From an uncultured Thermoproteaceae archaeon (GTDB lineage: Archaea; Thermoproteota; Thermoprotei; Thermoproteales; Thermocladiaceae): a stretch of 64,000 nucleotides of DNA. This document shows positions 29,594 to 40,447 of the stretch, piece after piece. The stretch spans positions 256,001 to 320,000 of the forward strand of contig CAZNTG010000006.1 in NCBI GenBank assembly GCA_964575955.1. Direction: 5' to 3'. The notes beneath the pieces are model-generated. The model did not search any database. It was given only the letters and a program-made list of their open reading frames with translations, and was not told where the DNA came from. A program made the translations under genes and the position numbers. Positions within the stretch are counted from its first letter, which is position 1. The number at the start of each line of letters is the position of its first letter.

Positions 29594-31527
29594 ACTTTCA
29601 AAATCTTTATATTTGGAGTTTCTAAATTTCTAACCTTATCTATTATACTTGGTGCTGGATCTATTATATTTCTAGGTCTTGTATCGTATATTACTATGCT
29701 TGTGCCATGTTTCAATAATTTTTCTATTAGAATAATACAATCCTCCTGTGGATTATTCCATAGTGGTACATTACATTTACCATCAGTTATTATATGAATA
29801 TTTACTCTAGTGTTCTTATCTTTTCTATACCACTTAACTACAATTTCTAATGCTTTAAGTAGTGCTAATGCGAGTGGTGTAGTTCCACCTGAAGGTAGAT
29901 TATCTACAAGATTATATGCATACTCTACATGTCTTGTAGGTTCTAGAAGTATTTTAGCATCTTTCTTTTGAAACACTATTAGGGATATATAACATTTATC
30001 TATATAACTCTTTTCAGCAATTTTCTTAACAACTCCCTTAGCTACTGCAATTCTCTTCATAAAATTCATACTACCACTCAAGTCTAGTAGTATTATGTTT
30101 AGTGATTTAACTTTACTAGATCTAATGCATGTCTTAACATATGTTAAAGGTATTGGAAAACTTATCTGACCACTGTTTAATATTTTACTCTTAATAGTTT
30201 CATATATATCGACATGTTGTGTATATATGTCTTTTATAGGTATTGAATCAATTTTTAAACCATTATCAGATGTTCCAACTACTCTACTTCTAAATCTTCT
30301 ACTTCTATGTCTAGCTTCTAATATTCTAGTCTTAAAATCTTTAAAATATTCGAAATTTAGATCGATATCTTGTATAGGTTTAATATTCATATCTCTACTA
30401 TCTATACCTGTACCTGTAGGTTGTATATTTCTAGATTTTTCTTCAATATTCTTATCTACGTCATCTATATTCTTGATATTTTTTCTTATATTTTCTACAT
30501 CTTTTCCTGAATTATCTTTTCGAAAGGGGGTTTCAGGTTGTGTGAATGGTCTACTCTTAATTCTGTGTGGTAGTGTTAGTTCCATTGCTTTTTTCAAATC
30601 TTCAAATGTTACTTTTCTACGTTCATCTAATGCTGCTATTGCTTTTGCAGCTCTTACTGTCGTTATTTCAGCTCTTGATGTTTTTATTCCGAGTTCTACT
30701 ATTGTCTTTGTTAATATTTTGAGGAGATCTTCATCGATTTCAACTTCTGGTAGTATTTCTCTAGCTTTCTTAATTCTATTTCTCAAATTTTCTATTTCAG
30801 GTTCGTATTTTCTGTAGAAACTCTCTGGATCAGCTTGCCATTCTTCAACTCTTCTAACAATTTCAGCTCTAATATCTGGATCTAGTGGTGCTTCAACATT
30901 TACTACAAGTCCAAACCTGTCTAGTAGTTGTGGTCTTAATTCACCTTCTTCAGGATTCATACTTCCTATAAGTATGAAGCGTGCTGGATGTCTCACTGAT
31001 ACACCTTCACGTTCGACAATGTTCCAACCTGTAGCAGCAACATCGAGTAGTGTATCTACAATATAGTCATCTAGTAGATTTACCTCATCTATATATAGTA
31101 TGTTTCTATTTGCTTCAGCTAGAAGTCCAGGTTTGAAATCTACAACACCTTCTTTCAAAAACTTCTCAATATTTATAGTACCTACAAGTCTTTCAATACT
31201 GATACTTAATGGTAAATCTATAACTCTCATCTTCCTATACGTTATAGGTAGCTCTTCACCACGTACATATCTCTCATAACATCTATCACACATGTATCTA
31301 GGATCGTCAGGATCACATGAAAATATACAGTCAGAAACAGCCTTAATCTCAGGAAGAACATCTGCAAGAGCTCTAACCATTGTAGTCTTACCTGTACCTT
31401 TATCACCTCTAAGAAGAACACCACCAACAGACGGATTTACAGAAGCTATTAGAAGTGCAAGTTTAGCTTTCTCATGACCAACTATAGCTGGAAATGGAAA
31501 TATTGGTCTTCGTCTAAACTCTACCAC
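29590..31527 (-). CDS. Mg/Co chelatase AAA+ subunit with VWA domain (ChlI/ChlD-like)
   Basis: GDKGTGKT, LYIDEVNLL, MNPEEGELRPQLLDRFG, VWA DLSGSM, GGTTPL, ITDG. Confidence 0.92.
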   Translation of the reverse strand: MVEFRRRPIFPFPAIVGHEKAKLALLIASVNPSVGGVLLRGDKGTGKTTMVRALADVLPEIKAVSDCIFSCDPDDPRYMCDRCYERYVRGEELPITYRKMRVIDLPLSISIERLVGTINIEKFLKEGVVDFKPGLLAEANRNILYIDEVNLLDDYIVDTLLDVAATGWNIVEREGVSVRHPARFILIGSMNPEEGELRPQLLDRFGLVVNVEAPLDPDIRAEIVRRVEEWQADPESFYRKYEPEIENLRNRIKKAREILPEVEIDEDLLKILTKTIVELGIKTSRAEITTVRAAKAIAALDERRKVTFEDLKKAMELTLPHRIKSRPFTQPETPFRKDNSGKDVENIRKNIKNIDDVDKNIEEKSRNIQPTGTGIDSRDMNIKPIQDIDLNFEYFKDFKTRILEARHRSRRFRSRVVGTSDNGLKIDSIPIKDIYTQHVDIYETIKSKILNSGQISFPIPLTYVKTCIRSSKVKSLNIILLDLSGSMNFMKRIAVAKGVVKKIAEKSYIDKCYISLIVFQKKDAKILLEPTRHVEYAYNLVDNLPSGGTTPLALALLKALEIVVKWYRKDKNTRVNIHIITDGKCNVPLWNNPQEDCIILIEKLLKHGTSIVIYDTRPRNIIDPAPSIIDKVRNLETPNIKILKV

Positions 31528-31545
31528 AAAACAATATAATAAGGA

Positions 31546-32334
31546 CTAACTTAAAAAGTATTGCCTTATCTCAAAAAATCCATCTGACATAGATGAACTA
31601 AGAATAACTATGTCAAACCTGTCAGGAATCGTAAAAATACATTGAGCAACACTACATAAAGCATAATTTAGCAAACTAACTCTATCACTAATATATAGCT
31701 CAATTATTGGATATCTAAGTATAATCTTACCAACGTTACTATCATAGCTATATTTCGTAATTATTAAATCAGCATCTCTAACATTATTAACAAGTTTAAA
31801 ATTAGAGAAATATCTACTAACTATACTACAAATCTTATCACAACCATCTACATATATCTTAAACATTCTCTTCTTAAAAACATCTTTAACATATCTAATA
31901 TCTGAAGAATATTCAATACATAGCTTTAACTTAGCTATGAAGTATTCAATACATTCATAATACTTATCTCTACATGTAGATATCACCTTACCTGAATTTA
32001 AAATATCTTGAACTAGCAGTGCAATATCTATACCAAGTTTTGAATGTTCTCCACATATTGGAATTATATATCTCAAATCTGGAGTTATCAATGTTATTGA
32101 AGGATCAATAAGCTTATCTATAAGTTTATGACAAATCTTTCTAACTAGTACTGGTAGTGGCATTATAGCAATAACATGGTCATAATCTATCAAGTTTATA
32201 CTATCAATATGTTTAATACTTCTAACATCTATAGATACATTTCTACATTCACTACATATACTATCTCTCAATTTATATGCAACATACTTCTCAAGACTTG
32301 TGCAATATATTACTAGTATATTTATGTTATACAT
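31546..32334 (-). CDS. cbiG: CbiG-like cobalamin biosynthesis protein (divergent)
   Basis: AIMPLPVLVRKI...DKLIDPSI...YIIPICGEH resembles the CbiG N-domain; lies in a cbi cluster. Confidence 0.65.
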   Translation of the reverse strand: MYNINILVIYCTSLEKYVAYKLRDSICSECRNVSIDVRSIKHIDSINLIDYDHVIAIMPLPVLVRKICHKLIDKLIDPSITLITPDLRYIIPICGEHSKLGIDIALLVQDILNSGKVISTCRDKYYECIEYFIAKLKLCIEYSSDIRYVKDVFKKRMFKIYVDGCDKICSIVSRYFSNFKLVNNVRDADLIITKYSYDSNVGKIILRYPIIELYISDRVSLLNYALCSVAQCIFTIPDRFDIVILSSSMSDGFFEIRQYFLS

Positions 32335-32693
32335 CTCAATATCTTATCAACAATTATATCTATAACTCTACTATCAGGCCATAGTGTTCCTGCATATTTA
32401 ATATTTTCAAACTTCTCTACTATCTTCATAGTATCTTCTCTTCCATGAATACCTTCAACTACGAATAGTGAGAAAACTATAATATTTTCAAACTTTTTAT
32501 CAATAAGTATTCTAATAGCTTCTTCAGGTTTTGGATTTTGATGATGTAAGTATGATGTTACTACCTCTATATAGATATCTTTTAGGTATTCTCTAAGCTT
32601 CCTCTCAACCTCTCTAGCAATATCATTTACCTGTTTTACATAGTTTTGTGAGAGACTTCCATGAGTTATCAATACTATACCTATCTTCTTCAC
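32322..32693 (-). CDS. cbiX: Sirohydrochlorin chelatase, short CbiX
   Basis: LITHGS...LFVVEGIHGRED. Confidence 0.8.
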   Translation of the reverse strand: MKKIGIVLITHGSLSQNYVKQVNDIAREVERKLREYLKDIYIEVVTSYLHHQNPKPEEAIRILIDKKFENIIVFSLFVVEGIHGREDTMKIVEKFENIKYAGTLWPDSRVIDIIVDKILRCIT

Positions 32694-32745
32694 TAATCTA
32701 TACGAGTAGTTATAGTATATAAAAGTTTCAAGCTGTTACTATGTT

Positions 32746-33807
32746 ATGAAACTTGGAATTACAACAGGTACCTGCATGGTTGCTGCTGCAAAAGCAGGAC
32801 TTGTATCACTACTTTCAGGAAAGTGTATTGATACTGTAAGTGTAAAGCTTCCAATAAACTTAGACATTAATGTAAAGGTGAGTAAATGTGTGTTAAATTG
32901 TGATAGATGTTTAGTATGTGTAACGAAAGATGCTGGAGATAATTATATTAATGATGTTACACATGGATTAGATATATGTGTTGAAGTTGAGTATGAATAT
33001 TCTAATAAATTTATAATATTCATAATAGGTTGTGAAGGTGTTGGAATTAAAGATGATATACCTTCAATATCTGAGGCAGTACTTCTAAATTTAGATCAAA
33101 ATATTGAAGATGTTGTTGATAGAGGTATAGTTAAGATTAGAGTAACTGTCCCTAAAGGTAGAGAAGTTTGGAATAGAACTTTGAATAAGTATGTAGGTGT
33201 TGTTGATGGAATATCTATACTTGGTGAGAAAGGTATTGAAATACCAACAGGAAATCCATACTACTCACCATATTTAAAACATATTGAGAAAATTATTGAA
33301 GAATATTCAAAAATGTATAAAAGTATATGCCTAACACTTGGAGGAAAATCTTCGAAAGTAGCTTCTGAATTATTTAGAGAAGTACCAATTATCGAAGTTG
33401 GAGATCATTTAGGATATGCTATCGATAAGTGTGTTGAATATGGAATACATAACATAATTATTGTTGGAGGTATTGCTAAGATGATTAAAGTATGTATTGG
33501 ACTACTAATGATGCATAGTCTATACGTTGATGCTAGAATTGAAGGTTTTATAGGACTTCTCATAAAGTATCTAATTAATAAGAATATCGATATAAACTAC
33601 GATATTTTAAAACAGTTAGTTGATGTTAAGTCTGTTAGAGATGCTTTTAAAATTATTAGAGATCTTGTAGATCTTTATGATTTTTCGAAATTTATATGTA
33701 GACTTTGTATTGAGAGATTATCTGAAAGATGTAGTAGATTGTTTAATAGAGATATCAATTTCAAAGTCTGTACTCTGCTTCCTGATGATTCTGTTGTATG
33801 TTTATGA
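32746..33807 (+). CDS. cbiD: Cobalt-precorrin-5B C1-methyltransferase
   Basis: GITTGTCMVAAAKA, KDAGD...DVTHG, GEGVG-like motif, RTLN..VGVVDGISILG. Confidence 0.88.
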   Translation: MKLGITTGTCMVAAAKAGLVSLLSGKCIDTVSVKLPINLDINVKVSKCVLNCDRCLVCVTKDAGDNYINDVTHGLDICVEVEYEYSNKFIIFIIGCEGVGIKDDIPSISEAVLLNLDQNIEDVVDRGIVKIRVTVPKGREVWNRTLNKYVGVVDGISILGEKGIEIPTGNPYYSPYLKHIEKIIEEYSKMYKSICLTLGGKSSKVASELFREVPIIEVGDHLGYAIDKCVEYGIHNIIIVGGIAKMIKVCIGLLMMHSLYVDARIEGFIGLLIKYLINKNIDINYDILKQLVDVKSVRDAFKIIRDLVDLYDFSKFICRLCIERLSERCSRLFNRDINFKVCTLLPDDSVVCL

Positions 33808-34008
33808 TGTTTCACCTCTAACTTTTATTGGTATTGTTACTGTTTCTGATCCTTCTATTACTCTTCTACCACATTTTGGACATTTTACTGATATTGTTAT
33901 TGTTATATCTATTGATTCCTTACTGATTTTCTCTATATCGTAGTCTATATCTATATCATCTTCAGATATTTCAAATTCTTCATTACAGTTTTTACATTTT
34001 AGCTTCAT
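33802..34008 (-). CDS. Small zinc-ribbon protein
   Basis: CKNC...CPKCG; overlaps the upstream gene on the same strand. Confidence 0.6.
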   Translation of the reverse strand: MKLKCKNCNEEFEISEDDIDIDYDIEKISKESIDITITISVKCPKCGRRVIEGSETVTIPIKVRGETS

Positions 34009-34597
34009 GTTCTTGAGTTTTCTTTAACTTTTCTAAATATTTCTCTAATGGTGGTCTGTCGAAATATGGATTCTTACCTGCAGCTGCTAGTGGTATTCCT
34101 ATCACTATATCTGCATCTATTATTCCTAATTTTCTTGCTGCTACACCAATGCTAAACATCATTCTATTATCTACATTCATCTCTGCTGCTATCTTTACAG
34201 CACTTCCTAATGCTATTCCAAGGTTTAGTAGTTGCATTGCACATATTGGTGCTTTATAGCATTTTCCTTCTTTCTTCATATCTTCCATCTGTTTACAGTC
34301 AAATCCACATGCACCGCAGTTTAGTCCTATTGGTTTTGCATCTTTCAACCCTATTAGAACTACTGCATGTGATTTTCTTACATTATCTGCATCTCTAATA
34401 AAGAATTTATATCCAAGTTCTTCTGCAAGTCTCTCCATCTCTTTAGCAATTTTTTCAAGCTCTTCACCATATACTACAAGTGTTACAATATTATCAATAC
34501 CTCTAGCTTTTGGAGCTGTTCTAGCAGCAACACACATCAATTTTGCAACCTGTATAACAGCTTCAAATTCTGCATCTTTACCATCTATGATAGTCAT
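33992..34597 (-). CDS. Ferredoxin-like DUF2148 family protein
   Basis: AARTAPKARG, NCGACGF, LGIALGSAVK, VDNRMMFSIG, KNPYFDR. Confidence 0.85.
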   Translation of the reverse strand: MTIIDGKDAEFEAVIQVAKLMCVAARTAPKARGIDNIVTLVVYGEELEKIAKEMERLAEELGYKFFIRDADNVRKSHAVVLIGLKDAKPIGLNCGACGFDCKQMEDMKKEGKCYKAPICAMQLLNLGIALGSAVKIAAEMNVDNRMMFSIGVAARKLGIIDADIVIGIPLAAAGKNPYFDRPPLEKYLEKLKKTQEHEAKM

Positions 34598-34631
34598 CTA
34601 GGGTAGCTTAGTCTCTGTTCTAAAATATAAG

Positions 34632-35060
34632 TTATATTGCCTTTCTAGGTGTTGTAGCACCACAGGCAGTACACTTCAACACGTATATCCTACCCTGTCT
34701 TTCAAGAATTGTATCAATAGAATTACATACAGGACAGACAACGTAGAACTTTATATATCTCTCATATACTGCCTCAAGAATTTTCTGACTACGCTCAGCA
34801 TAAATTACAAATTGATCACCTTCAATATGTCCAGGAACAGCAAGTTCTTTAAGAAAGAACTTAGCAATATGTGAAGGATCTCTATTTAATCTCTCAGCAA
34901 TCTCCTTAAAATTGAGAATTATAGTCCTCTTAGGCAATGTCTGAACCTTCAACTTAGGAATTTCCTGCCTTCTCTGAACTCTAGGAGTAATTACACTATA
35001 CGCACGATCTAGTAATTTAAAATAGAGCTTATCTACATCACCAACATCACTCGTAGACAC
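34632..35060 (-). CDS. Translation initiation factor 2 beta subunit
   Basis: [29 protein letters not shown]. Confidence 0.93.
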   Translation of the reverse strand: MSTSDVGDVDKLYFKLLDRAYSVITPRVQRRQEIPKLKVQTLPKRTIILNFKEIAERLNRDPSHIAKFFLKELAVPGHIEGDQFVIYAERSQKILEAVYERYIKFYVVCPVCNSIDTILERQGRIYVLKCTACGATTPRKAI

Positions 35061-35102
35061 AACAAGGATAATAAACCACCCCTAAATAAACATTCTCAAT
35101 AA

Positions 35103-35150
35103 ATGATGAAACGACGGTAGACAGAAGATGAAGAAAGGTAGAGACACTGA
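35103..35150 (+). ncRNA. C/D box guide sRNA
   Basis: ATGATGA-aacgacggtaga-CAGA-ag-ATGAAGA-aaggtagagaca-CTGA. Confidence 0.85.
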
Positions 35151-35190
35151 TAATCTTAGATTAGAGATATGGAGAAGATATGTGAATTGT

Positions 35191-36033
35191 ATGTCTAAAC
35201 TTACTAACCATGTGAAAGATAGGATAATTAGTAAGAAGTCTATTCTCTGTATTGGCCTCGATCCTGTTCTTCCAAACATTCGTGATAAGTATGTTATTCC
35301 TGAGAAATATTTGAAGTATAGTTCTGAAAGTGATATTATGCTAAATTTCTGCCTTGATATCATAGATTTTACCAGTGATTATGCTGTTGCTTATAAAGTT
35401 AATCTAAACTATGTTTTTGATTTTACGAAGAATTATCATAAGAAGCTTGTAGATTATATACATAAGCATGACTGTATTGCAATTCTAGATTTAAAATTTA
35501 ATGATATTGAAGATACAGCATACGTAGCTATTCACCATATTGCTGAATGTAACTATGATATAATAACATTTAATCCACTCTTAGGTAATTTGTGTAACAT
35601 TGTTAAAATTTGTAAAGATGTTGGAATTAAAATTAGAAATGTTGAAGTTGGTGTTTTAAGTCTAGTACTTACATCAAATCCTGATGCTGTTAAATATCAG
35701 AAGTATGTTAAAATGAGTGAGAAACCACTATACGTACTATTTACTGAAGAAGTTAAGCGATGTGATGCTCTTGGATGTGTTGTTGGAGCTACAGGACATG
35801 TAACTAGTGAAGATATTAAAACTATTAGAAACATAATTGGTGATGATAAAATTATACTATTTCCAGGAATTGGTGTTCAAGGCGGAGATATTGAGAAAGT
35901 TGTTAAGAATGGTGGTAAGCTAATTTTAATAAATGTTGGTAGAGATATAATATATTCCGAAAATCCTAGAGAGAAAGCAAGACAGTATTTAGAAATGTTG
36001 AGAAAATATTACAATTTCAATGAACTATTCTAA
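35191..36033 (+). CDS. pyrF: Orotidine 5'-phosphate decarboxylase
   Basis: LCIGLDP, LDLKFNDI, TSNP, VVGAT, PGIGVQGG, NVGRDI. Start moved to 35191 because the ORF-track ATG lies in the sRNA C' box. Confidence 0.92.
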   Translation: MSKLTNHVKDRIISKKSILCIGLDPVLPNIRDKYVIPEKYLKYSSESDIMLNFCLDIIDFTSDYAVAYKVNLNYVFDFTKNYHKKLVDYIHKHDCIAILDLKFNDIEDTAYVAIHHIAECNYDIITFNPLLGNLCNIVKICKDVGIKIRNVEVGVLSLVLTSNPDAVKYQKYVKMSEKPLYVLFTEEVKRCDALGCVVGATGHVTSEDIKTIRNIIGDDKIILFPGIGVQGGDIEKVVKNGGKLILINVGRDIIYSENPREKARQYLEMLRKYYNFNELF

Positions 36034-36283
36034 ATATGACAACTTTTCTACAATAGTCAAAATCTATAACTTTCTCAATCTTGAGTTTTATACCAAAATC
36101 CTCAGCTTCATATACAATATCTTCAATCCAATCATACACACCACATGTATCACAGAAAGAACCTTCAAAATTGATAATTACAACATCATCTCTCATCTCT
36201 AACACCTCTGCTCTAGCTTCAGGACTTCTATACATATTATATTGCTTTACCACTTCAGTAATCTTGGAATATAAGTCAAACAT
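36017..36283 (-). CDS. Small conserved CxxC protein (NifU-C-like)
   Basis: YNMYRSPEARAE...FEGSFCDTCGVYDWIED. Confidence 0.7.
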   Translation of the reverse strand: MFDLYSKITEVVKQYNMYRSPEARAEVLEMRDDVVIINFEGSFCDTCGVYDWIEDIVYEAEDFGIKLKIEKVIDFDYCRKVVIFRIVH

Positions 36284-36388
36284 TATCGGTAGTCTAGATT
36301 GCTAAGTTTAAAAATCTAACTATGTATATATGGCTAATATACCTGATGTAGAGTCCCACTTTTAAACTATGACTAAAATCTAGATTTA

Positions 36389-37048
36389 GTGAAAGATAGA
36401 TCTACAAAAGCTGACACAATAAATGTTAAGGATTTTTACCTATCTAAAGGTATATGTCACTATGTTAAAGTTGTATTTAAAGATTCTGGAAAGTCCTCTC
36501 AGATGTTCAATATATTGAGGAAAATTTTCAAAAATTATTACAATGAGGCAGACATAGTAGCTGTTGGTAAGGGTAAGATAATTGTCAAGAAGGATGGTGC
36601 AGATTTTCTAAAGATATTTCTAGATGGTGATAATATAGAGTTCTACTATACTGAAGATTTTAAGAATGTTGTTGATAGTATATTAGATATATTGAATATA
36701 GTTAAGGATGGTCTTATAATGTTTATAAAGTGTAGATGTAAGAGAAGTGGTGTTAGAGTATGTTTTGAGAATATTCCAAAATTCATGTTTGATAAGTTTA
36801 AGATTTTGAAATATGATAAAGGTTGTAGAGATTATGATAATGTTAATATTGCTATTCAAGATGTTGTTAATATAGTATTTTCAGCATATCTCCATGGAAT
36901 ATATACTTTAGATGGTTTTAAGATATTGAGAAATATTAATGATGTTAATAGTTTTATTAAGAGATGTTGTGATAATTCTAAATGTGGAAATTCTAATTAT
37001 AGAAGTTCAAGCTTGTGTAGAGGTAGCTCTATACTAGACTATTTCTAG
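36389..37048 (+). CDS. Hypothetical protein
   Basis: 219-aa ORF; no motif recognised. Confidence 0.55.
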   Translation: MKDRSTKADTINVKDFYLSKGICHYVKVVFKDSGKSSQMFNILRKIFKNYYNEADIVAVGKGKIIVKKDGADFLKIFLDGDNIEFYYTEDFKNVVDSILDILNIVKDGLIMFIKCRCKRSGVRVCFENIPKFMFDKFKILKYDKGCRDYDNVNIAIQDVVNIVFSAYLHGIYTLDGFKILRNINDVNSFIKRCCDNSKCGNSNYRSSSLCRGSSILDYF

Positions 37049-37099
37049 GTCTTAGGAGAAAATTTATATGTTAGTATGTGTGTCTGTGTTGAGTAATAT

Positions 37100-37555
37100 A
37101 TGGTTAGAAGATTTGAGAAGAAGTCTAGATATTTACGTGGTTGGAGAACTCACTCATGGGGTAGAGTTGGTCAGCATAGAAAGTCTGGTAGTTCAGGTGG
37201 TAGAGGTAAATCAGGTAGACATAAGCATAAGTGGACTTGGGTATTAGTATACGATCCAGACTACTTCGGTAAGCATGGATTTGTACAACCACCACCACTT
37301 GTAAAGCAGTGGCGTGAAATTAATGTTGGTGAGTTAGATAAGATTATTGAAGATCTTGTTAAGAAAGGTTTAGCAGAATTTAAAGATGGTAAATATTATG
37401 TAGATTTACTAAAACTTGGATATAATAAACTGCTTGGTGAAGGTAAAGTTACACATCCAATAGTTGTTAAGGTACCTGCAGCTACTAGAAATGCAGAAGA
37501 GAAGATACGTGCAGCAGGTGGAGAAATAATCTTAGTTAAGGAAGTACTACACTAA
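37100..37555 (+). CDS. rpl15: 50S ribosomal protein L15 (uL15)
   Basis: RGWRTHSWGRVGQHRKSG, FGKHGF, KLLGEG, KIRAAGG. Confidence 0.97.
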   Translation: MVRRFEKKSRYLRGWRTHSWGRVGQHRKSGSSGGRGKSGRHKHKWTWVLVYDPDYFGKHGFVQPPPLVKQWREINVGELDKIIEDLVKKGLAEFKDGKYYVDLLKLGYNKLLGEGKVTHPIVVKVPAATRNAEEKIRAAGGEIILVKEVLH

Positions 37556-37559
37556 ACTT

Positions 37560-37853
37560 CTACTGTTCTTCACTATTTTTAGATTCTTCAACAACTGTGA
37601 TATTACTTTCCTGTTCTTCTTCATGTTCAACTTCTTCAATTCTAGATTTAATAATCTTAACAAATTCTGAAACCTCTTCTCTCAACTTTCTAACTTCTTT
37701 AATAAGTTCTTCAATTTGTGGAATTTCAACAACAATCTTCATCTCTCTAATCTGTATTTGAGATGTTGTTATATTCTTACTATCACCTGTCTTAGACTTT
37801 TTCAACTCCATCAATATCTCTGCAAGATCTTTCTTTCTTTTCTGCATAAACAT
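37560..37853 (-). CDS. Hypothetical coiled-coil protein
   Basis: 97-aa charged ORF. Confidence 0.55.
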   Translation of the reverse strand: MFMQKRKKDLAEILMELKKSKTGDSKNITTSQIQIREMKIVVEIPQIEELIKEVRKLREEVSEFVKIIKSRIEEVEHEEEQESNITVVEESKNSEEQ

Positions 37854-37920
37854 CAGGATAGTTTTTAGATTACGTGTATATATATTAAACGATTAAAATA
37901 GTCATTACAAGATCTAGTCT

Positions 37921-38991
37921 ATGAAGAAGATTGTAATTATTTACGATGATGCATTTCTAAGACATACACCACCAAAATTTCACTGTGAAAATCCTGCTAG
38001 AGTTAAAGCAATAATGGAATGTTTAAGAAGTTTTGTACCTAGCAATCTCATAATTAAGCCTAGATATGCAGATATTGAAGATCTATGCATGGTTCATAGT
38101 AGAGAGTATGTAGATTTGATGATGAGATTTTTCGAACATGGTGGACTATCATACATAGATGGTGACACATACATATCTGATGGTACTAGAGATGCAGCAT
38201 TAGCAGCTGCTGGTTCAGCAATTACTGGAGTTGAAATGATAATTTCAGAAGGTGTAAAATGCTTTTACGCACCTGTAAGACCTCCAGGACATCATGCTGG
38301 TATCTCAGGAAGAGCATTAACTGCACCAACACAAGGATTTTGCATATTTAACAACATTGCAATTGGTGCAGAGTATGCTATACGTAGAGGTATTAGAAAA
38401 GTTGCAATTATTGACATAGATGCACATCATGGAAATGGTACTCAAGAAATATTCTATCACACTAGTAAAGTATTATACATAAGTATTCATCAAGATCCAT
38501 TAACACTATATCCAGGAACTGGATTTATAACTGATGTAGGTATTGGAGATGGTGAAGGATATAATGTAAACATACCACTACCACCAGGATCTGGAGATGA
38601 CGTATATCTAGAAGCTTTAGAGAACATAGTATTACCAATACTAAGACAGTATAGACCAGAGATAGTGCTAGTGTCGTTAGGATTTGATGCACATATAAAT
38701 GATCCACTAACACAACTTGAAGCTTCATTAAACACATATGAAGAACTATACCTAATACTGAAGAAGATGGTTGATAGTGGAGAGATTCGTGGTGTAGGAT
38801 TTCTACTAGAAGGTGGGTACGATACTAAAGTACTATCTATAGGTAGTGAAATACTTGTAAAGATATTTCTAGAACAGGAGTATAAAAATCCTGAAGATAG
38901 AACAGAGAGTGGATTAAATACAAAATCCAGAGCAAGAAAAGTATTGAAAAAAGTTGTAGAAGTACATTCAAAATATTGGAATCTAAAGTGA
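37921..38991 (+). CDS. Histone deacetylase / acetoin-utilisation family protein
   Basis: RPPGHHA, GFCIFNN, DIDAHHGNGTQ, GFDAH, LEGGY. Confidence 0.95.
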   Translation: MKKIVIIYDDAFLRHTPPKFHCENPARVKAIMECLRSFVPSNLIIKPRYADIEDLCMVHSREYVDLMMRFFEHGGLSYIDGDTYISDGTRDAALAAAGSAITGVEMIISEGVKCFYAPVRPPGHHAGISGRALTAPTQGFCIFNNIAIGAEYAIRRGIRKVAIIDIDAHHGNGTQEIFYHTSKVLYISIHQDPLTLYPGTGFITDVGIGDGEGYNVNIPLPPGSGDDVYLEALENIVLPILRQYRPEIVLVSLGFDAHINDPLTQLEASLNTYEELYLILKKMVDSGEIRGVGFLLEGGYDTKVLSIGSEILVKIFLEQEYKNPEDRTESGLNTKSRARKVLKKVVEVHSKYWNLK

Positions 38992-39027
38992 AAAATCTAA
39001 AAAGTCTTAGAAAGTAGGGCAGTTTGT

Positions 39028-39210
39028 ATGAAGATAGATAAGAGATGTAGAATATGTCCAATAGGTCCTAGAGAATGTATAAAGAGGATAATAGAGAAAT
39101 ATTGGCTTAGACCTAGAAAGTTAAGACCAGCACATCCATGGACAATTGAGTGGTGTCCATATTTGAGAGGATTTAGACCACAATTACAGAAACAGGAAGC
39201 TACTCAATAG
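39028..39210 (+). CDS. Small basic Cys-containing hypothetical protein
   Basis: 60 aa, CRIC...C...WCPY; host-like codon usage; fills the gap between genes. Confidence 0.55.
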   Translation: MKIDKRCRICPIGPRECIKRIIEKYWLRPRKLRPAHPWTIEWCPYLRGFRPQLQKQEATQ

Positions 39211-39217
39211 GTAGAAG

Positions 39218-40249
39218 CTATATCATGAGAAGTATTATTGGTGTTGTTATCAGTGTTGATATTACTATTGAGAGTGTCAACTTTACAGCAACCTTAACAG
39301 GATATATAGATACGTAGAACGGGAATGAATGTTTTATAAAATCGAAAAATAGTATAAATAGCATATTACCAATAAATATTGAAAGTAATACCTGTTTAAC
39401 ACTTATCAAACCAAGATAGAGCATACTACCAGCTATATAGATACCAACTACAGGACTAAATGCACATAAACTTATAATAGTTAGAGATTGAGAATTTAAA
39501 ACATATGAAAAATATGATAACATATTCTTAATTACAACATTTAAATATTCAAAAATATTTAAGATATACAAGATGTAGACTATACTTAAAATAATGAAAA
39601 ATTTAAGAGATAAACTTTTTAACATATTTAAACCATTCATAACACTAATCTTCAACACACTCTTAACATCTCTACTATGTTGGTACTTAATATCTATGAT
39701 ATTACCTGTATAATTATCATATTCTAACTCTACAAATCTAATCCTATTCCTAAAAATCTTATAATATGAAAATGCAAGTATTGAAGTTAACATACTCTTA
39801 ATGTATGAAAATACTATGTACAACATTCCAACATAAAATCCAAGTGCAGTTATAGCTTGAGGAATTATATATACTATTGATATGCTAAGAAATCTAAGAG
39901 GACTTAACACAAGATTGTAATATATTAAATACCAATCATTTAGAAATCCTCTCCTATAATAATCATAAACGATAGTATGTTCAAGTCTAGCATTAATAAA
40001 TGATGAAAATAATGCAGGAATTAGACACCTAGGAATCTTAAAAATATTACAAAACTTAAGCAATTTCCCACCTAGAAACTTATCAAATACATGAAACTCT
40101 CTAAAAAATGTTGATAAAAAACCTCCAAGAAAAGTTCCAATAATAAACATAATACTTGAATACAATATACCACGAATTAAGAAATTAGTAAACACAAATA
40201 CAACACTGAAAAAGCTATATAAAAATATTAATAAGCGCATTAATTTCAA
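39218..40249 (-). CDS. Polytopic membrane protein (nucleoside-recognition/gate-like)
   Basis: Multiple TM segments, FSP..G, HSFPFYVSIY. Confidence 0.6.
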   Translation of the reverse strand: MKLMRLLIFLYSFFSVVFVFTNFLIRGILYSSIMFIIGTFLGGFLSTFFREFHVFDKFLGGKLLKFCNIFKIPRCLIPALFSSFINARLEHTIVYDYYRRGFLNDWYLIYYNLVLSPLRFLSISIVYIIPQAITALGFYVGMLYIVFSYIKSMLTSILAFSYYKIFRNRIRFVELEYDNYTGNIIDIKYQHSRDVKSVLKISVMNGLNMLKSLSLKFFIILSIVYILYILNIFEYLNVVIKNMLSYFSYVLNSQSLTIISLCAFSPVVGIYIAGSMLYLGLISVKQVLLSIFIGNMLFILFFDFIKHSFPFYVSIYPVKVAVKLTLSIVISTLITTPIILLMI

Positions 40250-40447
40250 AATGAAACTAACAAAACCTCAAGAAATGTACAAAATCATATCCATGACCCA
40301 CATACCTTAACGCTTCAATACAATAAGATTTTATCGGTGAAATACTCATGTCACATGCTTTAAATTGTAGGTTAAGTATAAGAAATGTACTATCGTGAAT
40401 AAAACGTAATTGGAAAATATTTAAATACGTATGATACGTCATTAACA

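Noticed and set aside
29590-31527. Chlorophyll biosynthesis
   Set aside because: The ChlI/D-like gene lies in a cbi cluster; cobalt chelation or another AAA-VWA role is more likely
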